This document shows, one piece after another, positions 1 through 11,323 of a stretch of DNA of 64,000 nucleotides. A program made the position numbers and the translations under genes. The first letter of the stretch is position 1, and every line of letters starts with the position of its first letter. Where the stretch lies: assembly GCA_025603075.1 (NCBI GenBank), contig MU626338.1:27271-91270 (forward strand). Direction: 5' to 3'. The notes below the pieces were generated by a model. That model was given only the letters and a program-made list of their open reading frames with translations, did not search any database and had not been told where the DNA came from. The stretch comes from Neoconidiobolus thromboides FSU 785 (Eukaryota; Fungi; Entomophthoromycota).

Positions 1-1592
1 TATTTAGCTACAAAAAAAGATACTCAAGAAGTATGTGCGTTAAAACAGATGCAAAAGTCCACTTTATACAAATATGGAGAGGTAAATGATTATAATTACA
101 AAAATCGATTCAATTAATATTAATTCATCATTTTATAAGATCAATCATATATTAACTGAACGCGATGTACTAACCGCATCAAACAGTCCATGGTTAGTCA
201 AGCTACTTTATGCCTTCCAAGATAGTGAAAACGTTTTCCTGTCCATGGTAAGTAAATAATAAACTTTAACAAATGATAAAATTAAGAAATAATCTTTATA
301 AAGGAATTCGTTCCAGGTGGTGATATGCGTACTTTACTTAATAGTAACGGTATGTTATTAGATCGTCACGCTCGTTTTTATATTGCGGAAATGTTTGCTG
401 CTGTAGACTCTCTCCATCAATTAGGTTATATCCATAGAGATCTTAAACCAGAGGTAATCCACTATTTCTTATTACTATCATATGCTTTTTTAATACTAGT
501 GATTATATATTAACCTATTACCTCCTTTTAGAACTTTTTAATTGATGCCACAGGCCATGTTAAGTTAACTGATTTTGGCTTATCTAAAGGAGCGTTAAGT
601 CCAATGAGAGTAGCATCATTAAGAAAAAAGGTAAAAATAGTGCTAAAAGATTAAACCCTAATGCTAATTCCATAATCTAGTTGGACTCTATAAAGGGTAA
701 GCAGCCAGTTTATCGTGGTTCGACTGAAAAGTTAAGTTTTAGGAAAAACTTATCTAGAGAAGACCAAAGCTGGGTAAGAAATAATTGAATATAAACAATC
801 ATATGTTAATCTATCCCACTACTAGCATTTTTCTTTAGTTGGATCCCCTGAATATATGGCACCAGAGATCCTTGAAACTGCAGATGAAGATTCAAGCAGT
901 ACTTATGACCATAGGGTAGATTATTGGGCATTAGGATGTATTCTATACGAATATTTATCAGGTTTTCCACCATTCACATCACCTGATCCTGATGAAGTGT
1001 GGATCAATTTAACGAGATGGGAGCAGGTGCTAGTACGTCCAATTTTCGAGGATCCAAATTTGAATGATAATTTTACCGATTTAGCATGGGATTTAATCAA
1101 TTGTTTAGTTGCACCAGCCAACAGAAGATATTCAAACTTTGATCAAATTAAAGCGCATCCCTATTTTAATGAAATAGATTGGGATAATTTACGTGAATCG
1201 GTAAGATAACTTTAATTTTTTTAAAATTCTTATTCATTTGGTTTCACTTTAATAGGAGCCGCCATTTGTGCCACAATTAGAATCGGAAACTGATCCATCT
1301 TATTTTGATGATTTTACTGATAATAATACTGTACAAGAGGTATACAATGATATTGAAAAGAATCAAAAGAGTGGATTGTTTAAAAGCGAAGATGATGAAG
1401 ATGAAGAATCTTATCTTCCACCAAGAGCTGCCTTTATTGGCTTTACTTATCGTCATCGCTCTAAACACTTTTCTCCACCTGGTTCAATGTCTTCTACTTC
1501 TTCAGCTTCAGCAAGATCTGAATTACTCAGTAAGTACTTTCATTTTTGTACTTAATATGGTCTAATGTTTTATTTTAGAATCTTTCTTTTAA
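1..1592 (+). CDS. DBF2: NDR/LATS-family Ser/Thr kinase, Dbf2/Sid2-like (5' truncated by the window; 7 introns seen)
   Basis: Spliced frame gives VCALKQMQK...ERDVL...[11 protein letters not shown]...[12 protein letters not shown]...HRDLKPEN...DFGLSK...[10 protein letters not shown], plus the AGC C-terminal [19 protein letters not shown] and the hydrophobic motif [12 protein letters not shown] introns keep the frame. Confidence 0.85.
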
Positions 1593-2344
1593 CATTAATA
1601 AATCATTACTAATTTTGTAAAATCCTTATGAAATATTTTGATCTCTAAAATGACTTAGTAGAAATATAAGTTCTTAGCTCAAACTTTATACTCTGAATTT
1701 TTATAGCTTTAATTATTATAAGTTTAAGATGGCAATACATATTTGAGGTTGGTGTAATGAGTTTAATCAAAGGTTATACGAAATTTTAATATGCACGTTT
1801 TTGGTTGAATTCTAAATTTAAATTTTTTTTTCAACTAAACACTATATTTATATTGTTTAAGTATTAACTTAATAAAAGTAGTAAATCGATGTTTGACTAA
1901 CCTATTAAAAAACTAGACTCTGAAAAATTCATTAATATAAAAAACAAACTTCTATATACTACCAGCGAGAATAAGTATAAATTCTTCAGAAAACAAGACC
2001 CCGATTGGATTCATTTGATTTTAGTTGAAATTGCATAGTTTCTATAGAATTTAGTTTATAATTTAAGATAATTTTTAAGAACTTGAAAATTATATGACAT
2101 GTATATCACAATGGTAAAAAGACAATAAATACTAAATGGGTTGAGTTTTGTAAATTCAATTCACTATTATAACATACTTGTACCAAAACGCAAAACACGC
2201 TCCATTTTTAGTGAGAATTTTAGCAAATTACCCTAAAAATTCTTTAACTAAAATAGAAATCATCATTAAAGCGTACTTTATTATTAATGCTACGCATACA
2301 ATTTAATTTTATTCACTTAATTTTTAAAGGAACATCAAAATAAA

Positions 2345-2465
2345 CCAATTAAAGAAAGGTTGAATATTGTTTAAATTTTGAAAAAATCGCGTTTCGCGAC
2401 TTCAAATTGAAGTTGATCAAATTTTGGATCATTTTAGTCCAATTAGAGCAATTTATTTAGCCAAT
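2345..2465 (+). promoter_or_regulatory. Candidate cell-cycle promoter: TCGCGTTTCGCGA (SCB/E2F-like) flanked by TTTGAA/TTCAAA, plus three CCAAT boxes
   Basis: TCGCGTTTCGCGA at 2387-2399, TTTGAA at 2377-2382, TTCAAA at 2401-2406, CCAAT at 2345, 2439 and 2461. These lie 125-245 bp upstream of the BUB3-like ATG, and CGCG is rare in this sequence. Confidence 0.4.
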
Positions 2466-2589
2466 CATAAAATTCATATTTTGTTCTTTGATTTGCTTAA
2501 AATAAAGAAAAAAAATATAAATAGTGGTTAAAATTAATTTTCATAATCTTTATTTACCAAATTTAAAACAACAATTTATCTATTTAAGA

Positions 2590-4135
2590 ATGTCAGCCGG
2601 TCACTTCGCATTTCACAGTCGAAAACGAGAACTTACACACGATAATAGTTTTGACAACGTGGATTCAAGGAGTCAAAGAACAATCCCAAAAACTAGTTAT
2701 GACAAGATAAAATCGGAAGAAAGCATTATTGTTGAAAGATTAACTGGCACCAATATTAATGATAGTAGTATTATGCTAACAGATGCCCAGTCCTTAAAAA
2801 TTCACATCGGTATCAATAGTGAACTGGGCGAACCTATACATGGATTCCCAAAGGACCAAACGACTTCACTTCATTATAATACTGGTGATGAAACAAAATT
2901 AATCGCCACATCCCTTGATAAGGTAGAAATTTTATCATTATATAGAATTATTGAAATATGTTCGATTCAATGTAAAAGCTGATAAACTTAGAAAAATACA
3001 TTTCATTGATTAAATTTTAAACTCTCAATAAAGTTTTTATAATATATTAATACTTGCTTTTTAGTCATTGTATATCTATAATGCTTTCCATCGCAATCTA
3101 CTGATAAGACATAGGACTAGTACACCTCTTCTTTCTGCTTGTACCCTTAAGGGTAATATATACACAGGAGGAGCTGACAACAAAATAAGGACGTAAGTCT
3201 TAGCTATTATCGCATCATATAATTTCCATTAATTGAATTTGTAGTCACGACCTACACTGTAATACTTTTCAAGAGTTTGGGGCTCATAGTAATAAAGTAT
3301 CATGTATTGCTAGTAGCGATTTTGGAGGACGCTGTAATATTATTTAACTTGATTTTGGAAATATACTAATTTATTTTGACTATAGTAATCAGTGGTAGTT
3401 GGGATAAATGTATAAAAATATGGGATGCGAATAAAGAAGACCCTTGTATTGCTTCACTTGACACTAAATCTAACATTTATGCTATGGATATCAAAGGACA
3501 TTTGATTGCAATTGGTACTTCTGGAGAAAGGATTAAAATGTATGACTCAAGGAATTTGAAAATGGGAGCATTGATGAATTTTGTGGCCAACGTAACAACG
3601 CCTATAAAGAGTATAAAAATTTCTGAAGATAAAAAGTGTATATACGTTGGTTCTTCAAATGGAATCATGTCGAAAGAGCATCTTAAAAACCATTCTATGC
3701 ATGTTAAAGTTAAATATGAAGCTCATACATTCGAACATGCAAACTCAACCTATGGATTTCCTGTAAATTGTATAGAGAATATTTCGGGGTAAGATAAATG
3801 TGCTATTTGTATATGTCATTTCTAAAAATTATAGCACTAACTATTTTGCTACTGGAGGTTCTGATGGTGTAGTAAATATATGGGAGCATGGATACTCAGT
3901 GCCCGAAGCCAAACTTCCACAATTCCCTACTTCTATTTCAGCCCTTGCATACTCTAAAAAGAATGAACAACTAGCAATTGCCTCTTCTTACGTATGGGAT
4001 AACTTAGAAATGAAGTAAATTAAATAATTTCGATTTTGACTGTAGCTAATAATTTTTAGGCACCCAATCGATCAAATATATGTAAGGGATATGAGAGTAG
4101 ATGCTAAAAGTTATAAATTGAAAAACATTTTTTAA
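2590..4135 (+). CDS. BUB3: Bub3/Rae1-family WD40 protein, divergent Bub3-like (multi-exon)
   Basis: ISGSWDKCIKIWD, FATGGSDGVVNIWE, PQFPTSISALAYS and LAIASSYVWD match Bub3-type motifs. Five introns join the ORF-track fragments. Confidence 0.7.
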
Positions 4136-5220
4136 TTTTATTATTGCAAGTTTAATTTAATGATTTATTTAAGCCCTCAAGTAAAATTAGCGTTTTCACA
4201 ATCTCAGGTCACTTTTATGCGCTCTTACTTATTTTATTTTCAGTTTAACAATAAACCTTTGTATTTAACTTTTTAAAGACCAAAATTTTGGTTTCTCTCA
4301 ATAAACTAAGCTAATTATCAGATGTTACAAAAGCTTTATAATTTATATTTAATTTTTTGTTAAAGCAAAAGCAGCAAATTTCCTTTGCTTAATGAAGCCT
4401 TAATCCATTAGATTAGTTTTCTTTCAACTCTCCCCCTTGTATTTTCGAAATACTTCATTTGTGTCTATTTTTTTGCTTTTAAATTTTTAGTAGCAACAAA
4501 AGTAGAGTTTAAAAAACCTTACATTGTTCTAGTTCTTAGACCATTGTGACAAGTCATTATTTGCACAAAAGTTAAAAAGATCAAAAGTTTAAGTTAACAA
4601 CAAAGGCTAATTAAAAAGTGATCAGTTCTTTTTAATAAAAAGAGTTTGATCCATAAAGAGATTTTAACTTGTGAAATGCTATTATTTTTTTAACAGTGGT
4701 GAGATTTGATAAATACATATTTCAAGTATTAATAGAATTTTTTACATAAAAGAATAAATGTATCATAAAGCCAGTATTTTATAATTTGAATAATGATTTC
4801 AATTCAAAAGTAGTATAAACATTATATATTTTGTTTTCTACTATCTTTGTTCACCATAGATTCTTGTTATATCTTTAAAGTAGATAGCAATTTATGAAAA
4901 AGAATTAATTGTAGCAGTCGTTGTATTAAGTAAACATAAGAATGGCTCCAAAATATCGGTGCCTTGATATCCTTAATCAAATCTTATTGGCAATAGCACA
5001 TTTGATGGCATAGTGCACTTAACATTAATTAAAGCAATAATTACTACCTAAATCAAGTCAAAAATTTGGTAATAAAGTTATGTTTATAATTCTTTGTGGA
5101 TTACAATAATAATGAAGAATATGCAAATTAGCTTAGCTATTATGAACTTCTAAAGTAAATAAACTTAAAAACTATTGGCATTAAAGATAATACATTAATA
5201 ATGAATTTTGATGGTCATTT

Positions 5221-5272
5221 TGTTTTGATTACATTTTATTTTGATTACATTTTGTTTTGATTACATTTTGTT
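5221..5272. repeat. 16-bp tandem repeat x3 (TGTTTTGATTACATTT)
   Basis: tgttttgattacattt|tattttgattacattt|tgttttgattacattt|tgtt. Confidence 0.9.
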
Positions 5273-5942
5273 AAATCTGATTAGAGTAATACAATTTTAT
5301 CATAACTTTATTTAAACATCATAAATAAAATAATAATTGTTCCAAATTAAGATTAAAGTACCTAACATTTCAACCCGGGATTTCATAATAATATCGAAAA
5401 ATTAAAGCAAGTATTATAACAATTAATAATATAATCATTTTAAAATTTGTTTTACTTATTAACTCTTTTAAAGTGTGATGAACATTCATTTATGATTTTG
5501 ACATAATTTAGATTCTATCGTTTAGTTCTATTATTGAAAATTAAGAATCGATTATCAATAATAAGGCATTAAAGTAAAAATATGATCTAGACGCTTGAAT
5601 ATCATAAGATAACAATAATCGTGTTGTCCTAGTACTGTATTGAAGATGTTTTTTCTTTTACATTTCACCATTAACAATAAAGTTAGGTCCTTGATTTTAA
5701 ATATCAGTATTTAAATAGTACTATAAGCAATTAATTTACAATATATCTATATTTTCTATAGCTAAAAATGAGCTTCTTCATTTATTTTTATTACTTTGAA
5801 TTGATAATAATCTATTATTTGATAATAGTGATCTCGAAATTTTAATAAATGATTATCAAGGTGGTGTTAAATAGAGTGAATTAAATTCAAAAAACAAATC
5901 TTTGATTCATTAATAACAAATGTCGTGTAGAAAAAATATTGG

Positions 5943-6416
5943 CTAGTTTTTAATTAGATCCAAGTCGTCTTGATCCATAAAATATTCCAAACCTTCTGGC
6001 ACTGTCTGTAATTTCCAATCTATAGAAGTAGGGTTGTTTTTTTCAAGGGCTTCCAAACTAAGAAAATCAAAGCCTTCCATGTCTAAAGGTTCTGAAAATA
6101 CATTGATTTGGTAATTAAATAACTTTTCATAACTTCTAAAATCTAAGTATTCCTCAATTTTTGGCATCGTATCCATTTCATATGGTACTAAATCTACTTC
6201 TGGGAATAATAACTTGATTCTTGTATCAGATACAAAGTCGGAATGCATATCACTGAACAAGGTTAATTCAGGTTTATATTATTAAAGAAAACCTTACTCT
6301 TGTACATTAGTTTCATTTTTATCAAACTCTCCAAACTCAAAGCCGTTTATATTCATGTCATTGGGTTCCACACCATTTGAATTCACATCGTTTGATTCCA
6401 TTTCATTCAGACCCAT
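5943..6416 (-). CDS. Hypothetical acidic protein, 2 exons (~143 aa)
   Basis: ATG at 6416 (MGLNEMESND...). A GTAAGG...TTCAG intron joins in frame to the 105-aa ORF. No recognised domain. Confidence 0.6.
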
Positions 6417-7099
6417 CTTTTATTATTATTGCGTTTATTTTCACTTTACAGTTTAATAAGAATATAAAAAAAATGTTTAAAAATTAAAAGACTAGCTAAA
6501 ATTTGGGTTCTTTTTTTCCGATTTGATTTGTACTTTTTGCAAATTCATATCACACAATTTCAAAATTGAGCATAAATATGAAAATGTGCGCCTTTTGCTT
6601 AATTTATGAAGTTATCAAGAAGACATTATAGTATATCTGGACAACTGTCCTTGCAATAAAACCGATTGAATGATCATCCTGATTCACAAATTGATATTTA
6701 GGCAAGAGATATACTAAATTAACAAAATAACGAAGCCTTTTCCATACTTCATATTAATAACATAGTAAAGGCTTATATTATCCTGATAAATAAATACAAG
6801 TTAAATTTATTGGAGTTTATTTTGCTTTTTATTTTTAATGAATTTACACTAAATAACTTTTCTATAAGTATAAATAGCGATTAAAAGGACTATTTCATTA
6901 TGATTTTATTTATTAGTCAACATGGTAGCAATTAGAGTAATTTAATAATATTCCATTCATGTTGTGTTATTTATAATGTGCTGTAGCATTTATGTAGCGC
7001 TCAATACAGCTATAGAATGAGAAAAATAGTTATAGCTAAAGTTAGGAGCATTAAATTCAGTTTTGACTCTAGTTTTTAATTTAGTATAAATAACAAAAC

Positions 7100-7714
7100 A
7101 CTGAAATATCTTGAAAAATTCCACTTGGGTCAAACATCTGGCTTTGAAGGGACATATGGTATCATATCAACATAGTCTGGTATTATAGCATTTTATATTA
7201 CTCCCGAAACAAAAACAATCCACTCTCAAACAAAGACATCATTGAATGCTCTAAAGTTCAACAATCCATTTTCTTACTTTCATTATAACCCTATTACTCT
7301 GTATTAGTTCTGCTTTATACAGGGATAAAGCAGAAGGTCAAAATTACTATAATATCGATTGCCTGTTAATTTATCTTAATAGTGAGTTAAAAGGAAAACA
7401 TTATTTGGTCTGAAATTATCTTACACTGATAGATATTAGCTTTGCTTTTGTTCAAACCACTTGTGCTCCAGTTTTCTTATTTGTCAACACTATAATAGAT
7501 ACCAAAATTTAAGCAAATATATTGAATATATCAGTAATTTATCAGGAATCAAACAAGCAATTTGTAGGATACCATACGTTGAAGCACGTCCTAAATATAC
7601 TTCAAGGGCTTAAGGAAGGATACGTGTTAAATAATCATAATTTTTTTCAATTCGTATTTTCCTAAAACTATAAAAATATTGAGGATATTTTCCTGGTTTC
7701 ACTACTTTTTCCAT
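7100..7714 (-). pseudogene. Possible decayed multi-pass membrane protein gene
   Basis: GC-richer than its flanks. Frame fragments MEKVVKPGKYPQ...RILP*ALEVYLGRASTYGILQIACLIPDKLLIYSIYLLKFWYLL*, AIDIIVILTFCFIPV* and EWIVFVSGVI*NAIIPDYVDMIPY contain several stops and frameshifts. Confidence 0.25.
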
Positions 7715-8152
7715 TGTAAGGTTTATTTAGTGGAAAAATTGTTAATAAATTGTCAATAAAAGACAATCCCATATGGAGAGTAAGAATACTTTTCTATCTG
7801 GTAGTTAACTATATTTTAAATTTGGAATAAAAATTGATAAAATGATAAAATAAGATATATTTCTATACGTTTATAGTTGCTTTGCCATCTACCATTTATT
7901 ATAACACTATTATTGATATAAATTGTATTGGTTATAGTTATTAATCATATCAAAATCAAACTATAAATCAAATATAAATTGTATACTTATTCTATCAAGT
8001 AGTTACAATGAAAAAATTGAAGAGTAATTAAGTGAAATTAATTTATTTTTTTATTACTTCGAATTAATAGTTAAAGGAAGTCATCTTTTTTATAAAACTA
8101 GCTACAATGATATTGCAAAGATACTTAAGCATTTGGAAGTTTGGTTTTTAAA

Positions 8153-8947
8153 CTATTCTATATGCATCCCACTCTCTGGATAATAATTCGTGTACACTTG
8201 TGAGTCCCAAGGTCCTAATGGATTAAGATTATCTTTAAATTTGTTAATATCCAAAGGAAGCGAACTGCCCTGTGTCTGATTCCAAGCTACATTATTTAAA
8301 TAAGGTGACAGCATGTCTAACCCTATTAGATTATTATAATGCTGATAAGGAACACCCCAAGGATCTAGTATTTCAGCATTATTATGATTATTGATATAAG
8401 GAGTATATTGATGAGAAGGGGAATTAGAATTGATAGAAGGTGAAGTTAAATAAGAACTTTGATTAAAATTACAAGTGGTAGTGGTACTATTATTGTAATT
8501 TGGCATATTGCGATATCTGTCATCCAAATCAATATAGTTTGATTTCCCTTCAATACCTTGAGTTGGTAAATAGTCTGACATCTTTGGAGATAAACAAAAG
8601 GGCATAATCAAATCATTAAACTGAGGCAATGGATTTTGTTTTGATAAATTATAAGGGAGAGATTGGTGGGCAGGTATGTGAGCACTTGATGCTGAACAAT
8701 TGACCGTTTTGACCATCAAATGATTCTGGGACCTTGCCTTTGCTCTTCGATTTTGAAACCAGATTTGTACTGTTCTTGGATGCATATCTAATTTGTCAGC
8801 AAGTTCTAATCTTTTATCATGACTTGGTCGAGGATCTCTTTCAAATGTAGTTTCCAATTCTCGGACTTGAAACACTGTAGCACATTTTCTTGGTTTGTTT
8901 GGACTAGATAATTTAGGCTTTCTTTTTATTTTGGAATCTGATAACAT
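8153..8947 (-). CDS. Homeodomain transcription factor (intronless)
   Basis: QVRELETTFERDPRP...RLELADKLDMHPRTVQIWFQNRRAK is a canonical homeodomain, followed by an N/S/P-rich tail. Confidence 0.9.
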   Translation of the reverse strand: MLSDSKIKRKPKLSSPNKPRKCATVFQVRELETTFERDPRPSHDKRLELADKLDMHPRTVQIWFQNRRAKARSQNHLMVKTVNCSASSAHIPAHQSLPYNLSKQNPLPQFNDLIMPFCLSPKMSDYLPTQGIEGKSNYIDLDDRYRNMPNYNNSTTTTCNFNQSSYLTSPSINSNSPSHQYTPYINNHNNAEILDPWGVPYQHYNNLIGLDMLSPYLNNVAWNQTQGSSLPLDINKFKDNLNPLGPWDSQVYTNYYPESGMHIE

Positions 8948-11323
8948 AATGGCGATCTACGCTATAGTATATTATTATATGGAAGGATTAAAAGATTCTA
9001 CTTTTAATACTGATAATAATTTTTTTAATAATTGATATATATTCTTAGATTATATAGGCTCTTTTTCCCACACACTCTGATTTCATATAAAAAGCAGTGC
9101 AAATCTGTTACTTTTTTGAGTAAGTGACTTTTTAAAGCTTTACTCTATACATTTGTTTTTTGGTGAATCTAAAAGCTTACATCATTAAAAAAAATAAAAA
9201 TATGGGCAATCCTTTTGTTACTTGGATGATCTTTTTAGAGAAGAAAAGATTGACAATATAAACTTACGAGCTATCAACTGCTAAGAAAAATCTAGTCATT
9301 GGAATTTAAATACTTCAAGTTGCCCATTGAGAAGTGATTTTTTAAACTTAGTTTATGCTTAAGTTGAATTCTAAAATTCATAAGTTTAAAAGATAAATCC
9401 ATAACAAGTCAATCGAATTGTATATAGTAAGGATCAGCACTTAGTTTTTCTTAGAAATTTTTGTTGCAAAGTAAAACGAAGGTTCAGGGATGTAAGTATC
9501 AACACCCAACCTAAAAAAATAAAAAATTACATTTTAATTCATATTCTATTTTCATAGCATTATTTATAACAATAACGGTGTAGAAGATTAAAAATTAACT
9601 TATGATGGAAGTATTGGTTGACTTTGAAATTAAAACTTCAATTAAAGTATGAGTAATTTAATATTTATTAAAAACATAATTATTTCACCAATCATAATTA
9701 CATGTTTTGAGTTTATGGATGTATAAAATATATACTTGCTGTGTGAAGTTAAAATAAATGTTGCTTAAAACGTTACTATATAAAACAAATTTTATCTTTT
9801 GTAAAAACATTAAATTTTGATTAATAAAGTTTTGTGTTATTTGTTGCTTATCATAACATAAACAAAGAGCATTTTTCAATTTAAAATTTGAATATTTTCA
9901 ATAATCTTTTTACATAACAATCATACTTAATAACAAAAAACCTAATTCCTCAACTGTTATGTTTCTTCAAAGCTATGTGCTAGATTAAGAAGTTGCTATT
10001 TTATACAGGGTATATGTATTTTAGACTAGTTTTACTAATTTCCGAAAAAACGAATTTAAGCCACATGTTGAAAATTTTCTAAAAATTAAATAAATCAGCA
10101 CTCTAACATAAAATTAATATAATAAAACTACTTTTAATGATCTTCAAGTCAAGACAGACCCTTTTTATGGCACTTCTATGAAACAAAGTAAATTTGCTTA
10201 TTTTGATGATAACTTTCTAAAAAGTTAATGAATACTTTTCAATAACGAATTCGCATTTTAAATAATAGATTTTTAAAAATTATATTATCATTTAATTTGG
10301 CAATCACTTATTTCAGTCAATGCCAGAGGTAAATAAAGGTAAATCCAGATTATGTACTAAGAGAAAAGGATAAAATAAAAGCACAATAAGAACTCAATGG
10401 CCATAGATAATAAAAATATTTGAATTTTAGTTGAAACTCCAAGAATTCAAAAGATGAGTTGCTCATTTTAAAACAAACTATTTGAAAAAAGTTCTATTAC
10501 TTCATAAAAAAGGTATTCACTTTAACATTTATTATCTTTGATACAACAAAGTGTTTTGATATTATATAAAAATCCTAACGAAAGTAGTAGGTCCACGGTA
10601 AATTAAGAAATATGCTAATTAAATGTAACTTGCCATTTGCATTTTTATTTACAATAATTTTGTTACTGTCATAGTTGAATATAATGAAATAGAAAACAGT
10701 GAAATAAGACTTTCAAAAACATTCAAGTAAAGTATAGTCTTTGCTCTTCAATTAAGACTCTACAAAACGGCTAAATGTAACTTATTATTGATAGAACGAA
10801 TGTCAGATTGCATTTGAATAATTTGAATAAATATTTAACCTCTTATTATAGTTTATTATAATATTTAGTGTCATAATCTGTAAGAATATATTTCTTTAGA
10901 ATATTTAAACCAAATAACTCTCAAAACATAAATTTGTTAAAGAAATACATTTTAATCCATATATAATTTAATCAATATAGGATCTGATAGCACACTCGCA
11001 AATTTCTCATTCCGCTGTAAAAAAAGTATGATATTGAGTATTTAAAGTCTATAAGTATAAGTTTCTATTAAATAAAGCTCCTTGAATACTTTAAGCTAGA
11101 CTTCTAGATCTATCTGAGTGTCTTATATTTAGCTTAAAATCATATTAAATAAAATTAGAAAAGCAGCCTGTTTGGATTATAATCCATAGTTTTAATGTTG
11201 GATTTTGAAAATAATAGCCAATCAAAAGCAAAAGAATAATTTTCAGAAGAGCACAAGGCTTTGAGAGAACTTAAATTCAGATTATATAAAAAAGACAGCT
11301 AATTTAAATTAATTTTTAATAAT

